A DNA stretch of 52,316 nt, taken from positions 1-52,316 of the IMG/VR virus record IMGVR_UViG_3300032278_000012; one strand, written 5' to 3'. Positions 35,410-45,639 of this stretch are shown piece by piece (position 1 is the first letter of the stretch; each line of letters starts with the position of its first letter). The translations under genes and the position numbers were made by a program. The notes below the pieces were generated by a model, which was given only the letters and a program-made list of their open reading frames with translations, was not told the DNA's origin and made no database searches. Origin of the DNA: a virus. Lineage: Duplodnaviria; Caudoviricetes.

Positions 35410-36894
35410 TTACATATTATTCAGACATAAGAGATACCCCTCATATCCTTTAACCTGTTGAACTAAATTTCCTCTATTACCGTTTGCGCCTTCAAACTCA
35501 TCACAAGTATCATCACCATCATAATAATATGCCCAGTTTCCTTTTTCATATCTAAGATAATCATTAGTATCATAATAATAACTCACAAAGTTGTCTCTAT
35601 ATTGAATAGTTGTGTCTAGGTCTGTGAGTGTTGTGTGTATATCTGTTAATGCATAAACGTCTCTATAAGACATAATATCTAACATATCATAGTTAAATGA
35701 CGTGTTACCATTCTGCATTTCAAACAAAAAATACGATGATGAAGACAAGCATGTGTCATCAATACTTCTTAAATTACCTTTGATCCTATAACTATGATAA
35801 CATCCATTACCAGTAGTTGGCATAAAATCAACAAAAGTATTTTCTACTCCATTGACCTGTTCAACTGCAATTCGTATAGTATCACCATCAATCAAATCGT
35901 ATGCAATATAGTTTTCAGATATTCTAACTTCTGCAAGAGAGGTTATATTTTCAAGTGTAATTTCTATTGCATTACCCTCTGCATCTAAAATTTGACCTGT
36001 AGAATTTGCAATTAATCCATTGATGTTATGCATTCTTGAAAATACAAAATTATCATCCGCTTGTTCTGTTGGTGATTCGTTTCTTAGATCAAAAGTAATA
36101 GTTACGAATGGTGTATTTGTTAGAATTGATTCTACTAAATTACTTGATACCATTGATATCATATCAAGATTATAATGTTCTTCAACAACTCTTTCAATCT
36201 TACTTGACGTTCCTAAAAAATCAACTATCCTTTCTCCAATTTCTTGTTTCTCAACATCTTCTGATGCAATAAAATCTTCATAAAAGTCTACTGGATTTAT
36301 GTAATATTGATTATGTAAATCAAATAGAACATCGTCTATCCTTGAGGTTACATTATTTGCAATAGTATTAGCAGACACATCACATCCTTGTGATGCATCT
36401 ATAGATGTTGTAAGTTCGTCTTGAATATAGGAAGTAAATAGTGTGGTAAAAGGTGTTATATTTGCCTTCTCAGTAGATGAGTTATAAGGAAAATACATCA
36501 TGGTATATGCTTCAGTGACCGTTCCCCTAGTAGAGTCTGTTGCCCCTACAGGGACTTCTGCAACCCTTGGTCTATTAGATGCACATGCTAAAGTGTAATC
36601 ATCAATATAAAGAAATTGAGATTCAACAAAGTAATACTCTTCGTTTGCTAAATCTTCTGTTGCAGATGGTTCACCTTCATCTTGCACTAGATTCCAATTG
36701 AAATCTATAAAAACATTTGCACCACTGATATACCCATCAATAACCTTTGTCTGTAATAGATAAGGATTACTTGATGCAGTCGGTGTTGCCGTGACAGCTG
36801 TCGATGATAGCGAGGATTCTCCTACTGAATACTCAGTATTCCCACCACCACATGCAGTTAAAATCGTTAATAATAATATACTCAAATATCTCAT
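35410..36894 (-). CDS. Large acidic lipoprotein, bacterial-like
   Basis: Lipobox LTACGGG, Ser/Thr linker, VIDGYISGANVFID motif, NITPFTT; GGAG RBS. Confidence 0.8.
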   Translation of the reverse strand: MRYLSILLLTILTACGGGNTEYSVGESSLSSTAVTATPTASSNPYLLQTKVIDGYISGANVFIDFNWNLVQDEGEPSATEDLANEEYYFVESQFLYIDDYTLACASNRPRVAEVPVGATDSTRGTVTEAYTMMYFPYNSSTEKANITPFTTLFTSYIQDELTTSIDASQGCDVSANTIANNVTSRIDDVLFDLHNQYYINPVDFYEDFIASEDVEKQEIGERIVDFLGTSSKIERVVEEHYNLDMISMVSSNLVESILTNTPFVTITFDLRNESPTEQADDNFVFSRMHNINGLIANSTGQILDAEGNAIEITLENITSLAEVRISENYIAYDLIDGDTIRIAVEQVNGVENTFVDFMPTTGNGCYHSYRIKGNLRSIDDTCLSSSSYFLFEMQNGNTSFNYDMLDIMSYRDVYALTDIHTTLTDLDTTIQYRDNFVSYYYDTNDYLRYEKGNWAYYYDGDDTCDEFEGANGNRGNLVQQVKGYEGYLLCLNNM

Positions 36895-36920
36895 AATTTT
36901 CTCCAAAAAATCTTTAAAGA

Positions 36921-37038
36921 GAGATACCCCACAGCAGTTCCAGTAGGACTAGACCCATTATCATCGATACGTTCTGTGTCTGCACGGATAGGCTCTGTGT
37001 CAGTATCGAATTTGAGGATCGCCAGAGTGGGATATCCC
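36921..37038 (-). ncRNA. Structured RNA/5' leader upstream of the lipoprotein
   Basis: 12-bp closing stem GGGAUAUCCCAC/GUGGGGUAUCUC with G-U pairs only on the minus strand; nested GAUCC/GGGUC and UCGAUAC/GUAUCGA. Confidence 0.65.
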
Positions 37039-37052
37039 AATTCTTAACGTCT

Positions 37053-37082
37053 ATTATAGTAAAAAGCATAGGGCAGTGTCAA
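37053..37082 (-). promoter_or_regulatory. Sigma70-type early promoter
   Basis: TTGACA-CTGCCCTATGCTTTTTAC-TATAAT. Confidence 0.85.
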
Positions 37083-38467
37083 TAGGAAAAATCCTTAAAT
37101 TTCTGTTGTTTTGCCCTGTCGAATACAGGTGTCTCATCATCATAATTATCCGCGGCATCAATTAATTCTTCCTGTGCTTCCTGTTCACAATCATATAACT
37201 TCATACGACTTCTATCGATCCCTATAACGAATCGTTTAAAGATTGTTGGATCATTATATCGATTCTTTAACTGTTTAATGACTATTTGGTCTAATTCTTC
37301 TAATTCATCAGATGTAATCATTGCAAACATAAAATCTGCTGTTGTTGGTAATCCAAATGATTCAGATGTATCTGTTAAACCAATATCAGTAGAACCAAAA
37401 CCACTTCTTGTGGTTTGAGTTGCACTCATAATTGGAACATTATATTCCACAGCCAATCCTCTGATTTCTTCTGCAATACTTTTAACTAATGTGTATGAGT
37501 TTGCGCCTGCGCCTGGCCTAATTCTGTTTGATGCACAGATATTTAAATAGTCAATGAATATTACATCGGGCCTAAAATCTTTCTTAATCTCTAACTCTTG
37601 GATTAAGTGTCTGAAATGACCAACATGAGCTGCCGCAGTTGGGTATTCTTTAGTAACTAACTTCCCTTTAGTTTTTTCTTTAATCTTATCAATCTTTTTA
37701 CTATACATTTTCTTGGAAAGATCAGGTAATTCCTTCATTGGAATATTAAGAATGTTTGCATCAATTCTCTCTGCAATTCTTTCCTCACTCATTTCAAGTG
37801 TAATGTAAAGAACATTCTTACCCATCATAAGACTTGCACTTGCCATGTGGCACATGAATAGGGATTTACCCACCCCTGTTCCTGCCAAACAAATGTTAAG
37901 TGTCTTATTGGGTAATCCACCTTTCGTAATCTTATTAAAGTATTCTAAATCAAATGGAAGTTTCTCTTCTTCCGTATGATAAAAATCAAATCTTTGATCT
38001 TCATCTTCAAGTTGATCATGACCTATGGATATGTCAAAAGACACGGAAAGCGCATCCTTAAGAAGTTCGGGTATTTCACCTGTAGACCTTTTTGATTTCT
38101 TGTCAATGACTTCGATACTGTCCATGACTGCAATATAGATTGCTCTATCTTTGCACCATTTTTCAGTTTCATCAACCAACCAGTCTTGTGGTGTATCTTC
38201 TTTATTTTTACCAATTATCTCTACAATAGACTTGGAGTTCTTAACAACTATCTCGTTTAAATTAGAATTGTTATCAAGATTTATGAGAAGTGCCTCTATT
38301 GTTGGAGTTTTGGTATACTTATAGAAGTATGTCTGTATCTCTGAAAATACAGTTTTTTCATCACTCTCGGTGAAATACGCCGACTTCAGAAAAGGAATTA
38401 CTTTCCGTGAATATGCTTCATTTTGAACTAGATTCTTGAGAATCGTCTGTTCTAACCGTTGTTCCAT
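37079..38467 (-). CDS. Replicative DnaB-like helicase (T4 gp41)
   Basis: [23 protein letters not shown]-like, FIDYL, ATQTTR, SESFGLP, KNRY. Confidence 0.97.
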   Translation of the reverse strand: MEQRLEQTILKNLVQNEAYSRKVIPFLKSAYFTESDEKTVFSEIQTYFYKYTKTPTIEALLINLDNNSNLNEIVVKNSKSIVEIIGKNKEDTPQDWLVDETEKWCKDRAIYIAVMDSIEVIDKKSKRSTGEIPELLKDALSVSFDISIGHDQLEDEDQRFDFYHTEEEKLPFDLEYFNKITKGGLPNKTLNICLAGTGVGKSLFMCHMASASLMMGKNVLYITLEMSEERIAERIDANILNIPMKELPDLSKKMYSKKIDKIKEKTKGKLVTKEYPTAAAHVGHFRHLIQELEIKKDFRPDVIFIDYLNICASNRIRPGAGANSYTLVKSIAEEIRGLAVEYNVPIMSATQTTRSGFGSTDIGLTDTSESFGLPTTADFMFAMITSDELEELDQIVIKQLKNRYNDPTIFKRFVIGIDRSRMKLYDCEQEAQEELIDAADNYDDETPVFDRAKQQKFKDFSY

Positions 38468-39476
38468 AACTAAAATATCTTTGTGCTGTTTCTTCCAATT
38501 GTATCATTACATCTTCTGTAAAATACTTTTCGGGATTATTATTAATCGTTTTTGCAAACTCTGTTTTACCTGTGGGTAGTAATACCCTTGTGGATGCCTT
38601 TTTGAAAATATCAAATGCAAGTGCCATATCTAATAGACCATAGTATCTATCGAGTCCTTTGTCATAAGTTAATCTGACATCGACTACTCTATTCTCTACG
38701 GTTAACCTAGATTTTGCATTCTTGCAATGAATAATATTTCCAATGATCTGCGTTCCTTCCTTTTCTTTCTTCCTAGAAAGATATACGATTGATGACGCTG
38801 CATACTTAAGACCTGATCCACCACCCATTTCTTTTTGTGGGAACATAGAACCAATCACATCATATGTGTGATTAGTTACAATCATAGGAACTTTTGCACG
38901 ACCAAGTTTTAAGGTAAGAACTCTAAATGTTCCTTTAACAATTTGAGCTCGGGTCATATCCTTAGTTTCTTTTCCCTCGGCAGTGTCTTCTATTTCTTTA
39001 GTTGTGGATAACATCCCAAGTGAATCTATGACAAACAACATTGGTGGTCTCTCTTTTTCGGGAGTTTCCAAATATTTGTCTAAGATACTTAAGGATTGAT
39101 TACGGAACTCTTGAACAGTGACTACTGGAACAATTACGACTCGCTTAGAATCAATACCTCTTGATTCAATCATATCTTTTGATAATGCAGATTCACTCTC
39201 AAAGTAAATAACTGCAGCTTTGGGATTATCCTCAAGGAATTTTTGACACACTCCTAAGGCAAAATAGGTTTTACCTGTTGCAGATTCCCCTGCGAGTGCT
39301 GTGATTTTGTTAGATGGTAGTCCACCGTAAAGTGAACCACTTAGGAGTGCATTGAAAATGTATGATCCAGTATCAATAAATGAATCTACATCACCAGCTG
39401 CGACTCCATCGGAAACGAGACTTGCATACTCATTACCACTGGATTTAATTAAGTCTTTAATAAATGACATAAACAC
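38418..39476 (-). CDS. uvsX: RecA-like recombinase
   Basis: [34 protein letters not shown]. Confidence 0.95.
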   Translation of the reverse strand: MFMSFIKDLIKSSGNEYASLVSDGVAAGDVDSFIDTGSYIFNALLSGSLYGGLPSNKITALAGESATGKTYFALGVCQKFLEDNPKAAVIYFESESALSKDMIESRGIDSKRVVIVPVVTVQEFRNQSLSILDKYLETPEKERPPMLFVIDSLGMLSTTKEIEDTAEGKETKDMTRAQIVKGTFRVLTLKLGRAKVPMIVTNHTYDVIGSMFPQKEMGGGSGLKYAASSIVYLSRKKEKEGTQIIGNIIHCKNAKSRLTVENRVVDVRLTYDKGLDRYYGLLDMALAFDIFKKASTRVLLPTGKTEFAKTINNNPEKYFTEDVMIQLEETAQRYFSYGTTVRTDDSQESSSK

Positions 39477-39759
39477 CTCTCATAATGTATATACATTATA
39501 TCATGAAATTGTTGAAATTGACTAGAGGGTTTTTAGTCTTTACCGTTATATTTTTCGCACATTTCACCTTCTCCATTCAACCATCTTTCTTCAATCATGA
39601 CTTTGATTTGATGAATTTGTAGTTCAATGAGTCCAAGAGATACGAAAAGAACTCCTATTAGAGTGAGATATAATATGTCTAGTGTTGTTATATCCATAAG
39701 TCTACCAAAACACTAATAAAAATACTATAAGATATACTACTAATATAAAAATGTCCATG

Positions 39760-40173
39760 TTATGCTAATCCTTTTTCAATCAAGTATTCTCGATTTTTTA
39801 AATGACCTTTTTTAATATCATCTTTACTTTGTCCATGATACGGAACTGCATGATGTGCTTCAATTGCCATATCATTCCAACATTCGGTCTTATCGGGATT
39901 ATATAGATTGCCTAATATTCTCCCAAATTTACCTTTTGCAGAACTTTCTACTAAAATGTGTGGGTATTGTTCAACCCAATCTACTAAAAACTGTTTTGCA
40001 AGATTTCCAAATTTCTTCTCTACTTTGTCTCTTGTTCTACTTTCGGGCGTGTCGATGCCAACGAGTCTAACTCGTCCTTTCTGAAAGAAGTTGAAGCCTA
40101 GGTCTAACATCACGTCAATGGTGTCGCCGTCAACGACTCTTAATACTTTTGCTTTATATATAAAAGGGTTCAT
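39760..40173 (-). CDS. Thermonuclease (SNase-like)
   Basis: RVVDGDTIDV...RVRLVGIDTPE...GKFGRILG. Confidence 0.9.
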   Translation of the reverse strand: MNPFIYKAKVLRVVDGDTIDVMLDLGFNFFQKGRVRLVGIDTPESRTRDKVEKKFGNLAKQFLVDWVEQYPHILVESSAKGKFGRILGNLYNPDKTECWNDMAIEAHHAVPYHGQSKDDIKKGHLKNREYLIEKGLA

Positions 40174-40187
40174 AGTGTCTATTCTAT

Positions 40188-42689
40188 TTATTGAAAGAAA
40201 GAATCTAAACTTGCAACAGGTTCAACATTCCAATTTATTAAATTGATAACTGCCTTTAATGGTTCCACAAATGACTTATCAAACTGTTTATCATAATCCA
40301 CATATCTCCTTAAATCGAATTCCCTAGGAAAAACATTTGTAAAAGATATAACATTTTCATTCAACGTATTGGGTATTGTTAGATAAGTGAAGTGTATTTT
40401 ATCCCCATTTTTGATTAATTCATACCGTTTATCAATGTTCTTTTGTTTAAGTAAGTGATTGAATAACAATGCACCCCTGACATGAATTGGTGTTCCCTTT
40501 GAATATATGTTAGATACGTCTGAATACTGTTGTAAATTATTACACCCTCTTGGTGATGCAACTTCTTCGGGTGGAAGTTTTCTAAATTCTTTTCTTGATG
40601 TCTCTACAAATTCCCACAAATCTTCTTCTGTTCCTTGCATTACTAGGTGGAATGCCTCTGTTAATTTACCCCTAACCCACTGTGGTGTTGAACTCTTTGC
40701 AGTTTCAATACCCATCATTTTGAGTTTAGGTTCACGGAGTCTAACCCCTTCGTTATCATGAACATTTAAAATATATCGTTTTTTTGCAGTCCAAATACCT
40801 CTATCTGCAATCACCTCTCTACCCATGTCCATCTTTTGTTGAAAGGCATTGGTGTATTTTGCGAGGTCTTCAAATCCATTCGTCAAAACACTCTCGATTT
40901 TCTCTTTTGCAATTGTATCCAAGAAGTCAATAATCTTCGTTTTTGGAGTGTCTTCGGGAAACACTTGAGACACTAGTTTGTCTAAAGTTATATACAGTGA
41001 ATCCGTATCCATTGCAATCACATAATCTTCATCCTCAGTTTGAAGAATCTGATTAAGATATTTGTTAATAGTCTTTTCTGCCCATTGAATCACCAATTGT
41101 CCTGATGTCGTAATTGCCTCTGCAAGGTCTATACTAAAGAATGCGAAATATTGGTTCGCAAGAGCTCCATATGCGGAGTTTAATGCGATCTTTCTGACTT
41201 GCTGGTTGTTATACGCTCTTTTAATTAAAACGTCTAATTCTGCGCGTCTTTCGGCATCTGCACTCTGATATTCAACCTGATACTCAATCATCTTTTTCTT
41301 CCACAATCGTCTCTCATCGTAGAATTTTTCCATGAGTTCGGGAAGGAATCCTTGTTTATCTCTCTTGAATAACACTCCATTAGGTGTCACAGTGTGTTTC
41401 TTAAGATGAGATAAATCAACTTCCTCATTCAATATCTTATTTACACTGACATCCTGTTTGTCACCCTTCACCATTTTCTCAGGTGAAATATTATACTGCA
41501 TAATCAAATGTGGATATAGACTGTTTAAGTCAAATGACACTACCCAATCATGACCACCTACTTGTGGTTCCTTAACATATGCACCTACAATAGAATGAGT
41601 TTTCCCTTCATATTTAAGTCTCTGTGGTGGAGTTGCAATGTTTTGTTCTTTTAAGAAATTATAAATGATGGTTTCCCAATACTTTACCATCCCAAAAGTA
41701 TCATTATAATTGCACTTTGCATTATAAGACATTGCCTGAACTAACTCAATCAATCCAAGTTTGTCTTCCAACTCTTCAATTAAAACTGCATCCTTGACAT
41801 TATACTCAAGAAACTTTGGATAGTTCTCTCGGTAAAGTGTATGAAGATTTCCATACTCAGAATAATCTAACTTACCTTTACCCAACTCTACATTTGCAAT
41901 GTGGTTTAATGAATAGGATTCTTGATTAACAAAAGTGTGTTTACGATATAGTTCTAGATAGTCAAGAATGTTAACACCATACAAAGTGTATGCCATGTTC
42001 TTATCACGATATTGACCACCAACCCATTCTCTAACCTGACTCATTCCCCATGGAGAAAGTTTTTTATGTTCATCCTCACCAAGAATCTTGTCAATACGAT
42101 TACACAAATAAGTGATATCAAATGAATCAACATTCCATCCTGTAATGATATCGAAAGACTGTTTTCTCCAATATGCAATAAACTGTCTGAGAAGATCAGG
42201 TTCATTTTCACATTCATGATAAACAACACCATTTTTCTCCCAAGGCCCGATTCCAAATGTCTGTGGTTGTTTACCAAATGGTTTGATGGTTATTGCATTG
42301 ACCTTTTCTTCTGCAAGTGCTGGTTCGGGAAATCCATTCTCACTTTCACACTCAATATCGAGTGATGCAATTCGAATTAATTTAGGATCGTAAGGAATAA
42401 CTCCTTGGAATTTATCTGCAATGTAAGTGTAAACATAACGATCATATCCGTGGATTTGAAATCCTTTGACGGCATTATATTTCTCTCTGAACTTTCTTGC
42501 ACCACCCATTGAATTGAGATTAACCATCTCAAGTGGTCTTCCATCTAATGAACGATATGGAGAATCTTTTTTAGTTGGAACGTAATGATTAGGACGATAG
42601 GCAACAGACAGTTTTACCTGTTTGTTTCCTTTATATCCTTTGACTAGAATCTTGTCACGAGTGCGACAGACATTTGTATAAAAATCCAT
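40188..42689 (-). CDS. Family B DNA polymerase (T4 gp43)
   Basis: Exo DIE, GWN...FD; pol FDLNSLYP, KIALNSAYG, MDTDS, KKRY; no intein-sized insertion. Confidence 0.98.
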   Translation of the reverse strand: MDFYTNVCRTRDKILVKGYKGNKQVKLSVAYRPNHYVPTKKDSPYRSLDGRPLEMVNLNSMGGARKFREKYNAVKGFQIHGYDRYVYTYIADKFQGVIPYDPKLIRIASLDIECESENGFPEPALAEEKVNAITIKPFGKQPQTFGIGPWEKNGVVYHECENEPDLLRQFIAYWRKQSFDIITGWNVDSFDITYLCNRIDKILGEDEHKKLSPWGMSQVREWVGGQYRDKNMAYTLYGVNILDYLELYRKHTFVNQESYSLNHIANVELGKGKLDYSEYGNLHTLYRENYPKFLEYNVKDAVLIEELEDKLGLIELVQAMSYNAKCNYNDTFGMVKYWETIIYNFLKEQNIATPPQRLKYEGKTHSIVGAYVKEPQVGGHDWVVSFDLNSLYPHLIMQYNISPEKMVKGDKQDVSVNKILNEEVDLSHLKKHTVTPNGVLFKRDKQGFLPELMEKFYDERRLWKKKMIEYQVEYQSADAERRAELDVLIKRAYNNQQVRKIALNSAYGALANQYFAFFSIDLAEAITTSGQLVIQWAEKTINKYLNQILQTEDEDYVIAMDTDSLYITLDKLVSQVFPEDTPKTKIIDFLDTIAKEKIESVLTNGFEDLAKYTNAFQQKMDMGREVIADRGIWTAKKRYILNVHDNEGVRLREPKLKMMGIETAKSSTPQWVRGKLTEAFHLVMQGTEEDLWEFVETSRKEFRKLPPEEVASPRGCNNLQQYSDVSNIYSKGTPIHVRGALLFNHLLKQKNIDKRYELIKNGDKIHFTYLTIPNTLNENVISFTNVFPREFDLRRYVDYDKQFDKSFVEPLKAVINLINWNVEPVASLDSFFQ

Positions 42690-42713
42690 ACTGTTATTAT
42701 AACACAGCTGGGT

Positions 42714-42953
42714 CTATTCTACTAGAGTCTTTGGAGTGTCTTCTTGAAAATGATTTTCTAAAACTAAAAGTTTATCTTCTGCTTCTGCAATCAATTCTAC
42801 TTGTGTGTCAATTGCAGATAGAATTTCGGGATGTTCCCCGATACCTGCTGAATTGGTTAAGTAGATTTCAATGTTTGCTTGCGCTTCCGCAATTGCACCT
42901 TGATACTTTAGTTCTAGTGCCTTCACTATAACTGCTCTCATAATATACCTCAA
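42714..42953 (-). CDS. Conserved hypothetical protein
   Basis: ANIEIYL...GIGEHP pattern common in marine T4-like phages. Confidence 0.65.
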   Translation of the reverse strand: MRYIMRAVIVKALELKYQGAIAEAQANIEIYLTNSAGIGEHPEILSAIDTQVELIAEAEDKLLVLENHFQEDTPKTLVE

Positions 42954-43238
42954 TTATCTTTTATTACCAGTTGCTACCTTGTAATTTGTTTCTAATGCTG
43001 GTCTAGGTTCGAAAACCGTTACAACATGTCTATATGGAATATCAAAATTGTATTCCTTTGCATATGCAGCCCATGGTGCAAAATTTACACTCATAGATTG
43101 CGTTTCTTCATTTGCATCTAAAACTAAAATATTACAATCTTCAATTATATACGATAACTTCCACCATGCATTGGTAACAAATCCCATAAGGACTTGACCA
43201 TTTAATAGTCTTATGCACTTTACTTTTTTACTAAACAT
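42954..43238 (-). CDS. Conserved hypothetical (Sm-like fold possible)
   Basis: IRLLNG...FAPW...VVT..EP...L...Y pattern, usually near gp43. Confidence 0.6.
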   Translation of the reverse strand: MFSKKVKCIRLLNGQVLMGFVTNAWWKLSYIIEDCNILVLDANEETQSMSVNFAPWAAYAKEYNFDIPYRHVVTVFEPRPALETNYKVATGNKR

Positions 43239-43680
43239 TTTTTACCATTTCTTGTAGTTCTTTTGATCGTCTCCCTACCTGACCAAACCAAGTAGAGTCT
43301 TCCATTTCGCTGGCCATTTCTTTCCACTCATGTCGTCTTGCACAACCCAACATTTTTCTGAATTTAGAAAGTCGTGGAGCTCCAAGATTAAAACACATAT
43401 TCACTAAAACATGTTGTATATCTTCGGGTAATTCATAAAAGTCTTCTTCATTACCAAAAACATGAATTGTCTCAACCAAATGTGTTGCAAAATCTATTTC
43501 AAAGTAACCATCAACAACATCTTGATCAATACGTTGACCTACTGGCCAGTCATAATGTTCATCATCAGGTTGACAAAGATGTCCTATTCCTAATGTTTTT
43601 AATCCTAGAGAATCTAAGTAGATTTCTAGAACTTCACCTTCATGTCTCTTTATCTGTTCTTTCAATATCTCTTTGTTCAT
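43231..43680 (-). CDS. T4-type lysozyme (GH24) / endolysin
   Basis: HEG...YLDSLG..TLGIGHL catalytic E-x8-D-x5-T; NMCFNLG, W..QV..R. Confidence 0.9.
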   Translation of the reverse strand: MNKEILKEQIKRHEGEVLEIYLDSLGLKTLGIGHLCQPDDEHYDWPVGQRIDQDVVDGYFEIDFATHLVETIHVFGNEEDFYELPEDIQHVLVNMCFNLGAPRLSKFRKMLGCARRHEWKEMASEMEDSTWFGQVGRRSKELQEMVKNV

Positions 43681-43948
43681 GCTTTATTTTTTCCTCTAGG
43701 AGTTCAACTAAGATATCACCCATTAATGTGTTAAGTTCTTTATTATTTATAAGGGTGTTCATCCCCTCTCCTGACAAAGGTAGTCTTCTAATGGTTCTTT
43801 CAAAATTGATATTGGGTTTTCCGTCCTCAAATTGAACCTTACCATATTGATAAACCAGTCCTTTCCATTCACCACTGGTTATCTCTATCGCGGCGTCCTT
43901 TTCATTAGGATTTTCTACCACTTGAAACACTTCACCAAATAATTTCAT
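43640..43948 (-). CDS. Conserved hypothetical protein
   Basis: G.WKG.VYQYGKV.F...GDIL pattern. Confidence 0.6.
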   Translation of the reverse strand: MKLFGEVFQVVENPNEKDAAIEITSGEWKGLVYQYGKVQFEDGKPNINFERTIRRLPLSGEGMNTLINNKELNTLMGDILVELLEEKIKHEQRDIERTDKET

Positions 43949-43949
43949 C

Positions 43950-44360
43950 TTACGCTTCCCATGGAAATACTACCCACTTTCCTTCATTAAGGTGTAAAAA
44001 TTGAACATCATCATTGTTTGGGCGACCAAATAAACATACTGGATGAACATCTTTATGAATAAACTCTATAATCTTTTTCATTGTAAACCCTGTATCATAG
44101 ATATCATCAATTAATAATATCGGTGCAACTTTGTTTCCTATTTTGTTTAATAACCATTTTGGTTCTTTGTCAGTTCCGTCTCTACTTTGAAATCCTATAA
44201 TACTCAATTCTGCATCTTTTAAATTAGATAAATGTGTTGCAATAGGTAGACTTCCTCTATAGATTCCAACGACATGTTTAAACTCTATGTTGTCTGCAAT
44301 ATAATGAATATCCTTTTTGTATTGAGTCCAACTATAGGTGAGTTTAGGTGAAGAACTCAT
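43950..44360 (-). CDS. Purine (xanthine/guanine-type) phosphoribosyltransferase
   Basis: GIYRG.L..A..LS, PRPP loop LLIDDIYDTGFT, C-terminal WVVFPWE. Confidence 0.85.
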   Translation of the reverse strand: MSSSPKLTYSWTQYKKDIHYIADNIEFKHVVGIYRGSLPIATHLSNLKDAELSIIGFQSRDGTDKEPKWLLNKIGNKVAPILLIDDIYDTGFTMKKIIEFIHKDVHPVCLFGRPNNDDVQFLHLNEGKWVVFPWEA

Positions 44361-45639
44361 TTAACGAACCCCCCCATTGCTCAGAAAGTTTATCCTGACT
44401 TCCTTGTAAGGGTAACCACTCGTTGATAAATTGTTCATAGTCGTTGATTCTTGATAATCCTCTGTCATTTAAGAGAGAAGGATTCTTTATGTATTTATCT
44501 ACATGATCCATGTAATGCTCAACTGTTTGCATAACATTATAGAATGCTAACAGGTGAGACCCATCGAAACCAATGTCACTATGCCACTTAATTTTATTCT
44601 CTATATTTCTACTTGACCACTTAGTGCATTCTTCAATTAAGAAATCATAATCAAGTATATTAAAGGTCTTGAATGCCTCTTTATTTTTCTCATATAAATC
44701 ACTGAACACTGGAACTAACTGATTTTGATAAATCCATGTGTCTGACTTCTTCGTTGTTGCTGGACTCTCTATATCAATGTTAATCCAATTCTCGTCTCTG
44801 TATCTTGAGAAGAACCATGAGTTGGCATGAGTTGATGAATCGTAAGAAACATTTTTTACAAAACTAAAATACTCAGGTGATATGAAAAATGGCATCATCA
44901 TTTTGTGTGATCCCACTCCCAATAAATGAATGTTCTCTTTAAGAGACATTGGAATCTCTAAACCTTTAACTGCGTAGATCATTTCCATTCGGTTATCAAG
45001 ACTTGCACCACTACATGCAGACGATAGAGAAATACCACAACAGTGTGATAACTCTTCTTCTGTTAATCCATTCACAATCGTTTCAATGTATTCTCTGTAT
45101 GATTCTAAGTCCTGTCCTTGAACTATGAGTGTAATCTTAGTGTCACTTTCTAGTGCATTAAACACTTGTATCTGTCTCTTAACATTTGTAAGTGTTGATC
45201 TTGCAGTATTACCAATTAAGTCTCTTGCAAATCTTCTACCAAATGTAGATGTCTTCATTGACCATCCACTATTTGATCCATCAAACTCCACTGGAATATC
45301 ATCAAAGATCATTGCAATATCTGAATAGGTTCCTTGATGATTATAAATCTTATCTTTTATCTCAGGTGTTAATCCTTTCTTTGTTCTTGAAAGTTGTAAA
45401 CCGCCACTGTCTGCATATAGATTATGCCATTGAGGAAGATAGTCATGCATTGCAACTCCATGACTTGGTTCTGTATGAGAATTGAACAACATGGATATGT
45501 TTTGATTATCATATTTGTCGTTCATATATGCTATCTTATTATTAAAGACTTCTGCATATGGAACAAGCACGGACTGATCGTAATAGAGATTACTAGTCCC
45601 CATCGTCATACCTGAGATTACATATTCAAAATTAATCAT
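44344..45639 (-). CDS. dpdA: DNA 7-deazaguanine transglycosylase (TGT-fold, DpdA/DpdA2-like)
   Basis: YADSGGLQ, FDDIP, IVQG, IHLLGVG, SYDSST TGT-like motifs; no C-terminal tRNA-TGT Zn site; in preQ0 operon. Confidence 0.85.
   Translation of the reverse strand: MINFEYVISGMTMGTSNLYYDQSVLVPYAEVFNNKIAYMNDKYDNQNISMLFNSHTEPSHGVAMHDYLPQWHNLYADSGGLQLSRTKKGLTPEIKDKIYNHQGTYSDIAMIFDDIPVEFDGSNSGWSMKTSTFGRRFARDLIGNTARSTLTNVKRQIQVFNALESDTKITLIVQGQDLESYREYIETIVNGLTEEELSHCCGISLSSACSGASLDNRMEMIYAVKGLEIPMSLKENIHLLGVGSHKMMMPFFISPEYFSFVKNVSYDSSTHANSWFFSRYRDENWINIDIESPATTKKSDTWIYQNQLVPVFSDLYEKNKEAFKTFNILDYDFLIEECTKWSSRNIENKIKWHSDIGFDGSHLLAFYNVMQTVEHYMDHVDKYIKNPSLLNDRGLSRINDYEQFINEWLPLQGSQDKLSEQWGGSLNEFFT

Noticed and set aside
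36921-37038. Assignment as SRP RNA, 6S RNA, tRNA or a known riboswitch
   Set aside because: No SRP GNRA domain IV, shorter than typical 6S, no T-loop, no aptamer consensus I recognise; left unassigned
15860-42689. Introns or inteins in nrdA, nrdB, gp41 or gp43
   Set aside because: All are single uninterrupted ORFs of normal length with no intein motifs
43640-43948. T4 gp40 head vertex chaperone
   Set aside because: Size is similar but no motif I can verify and it is not between uvsX and gp41
44344-45639. tRNA-guanine transglycosylase for queuosine in tRNA
   Set aside because: Lacks the tRNA-TGT C-terminal Zn motif, no queF/queA nearby; context fits DNA-modifying DpdA
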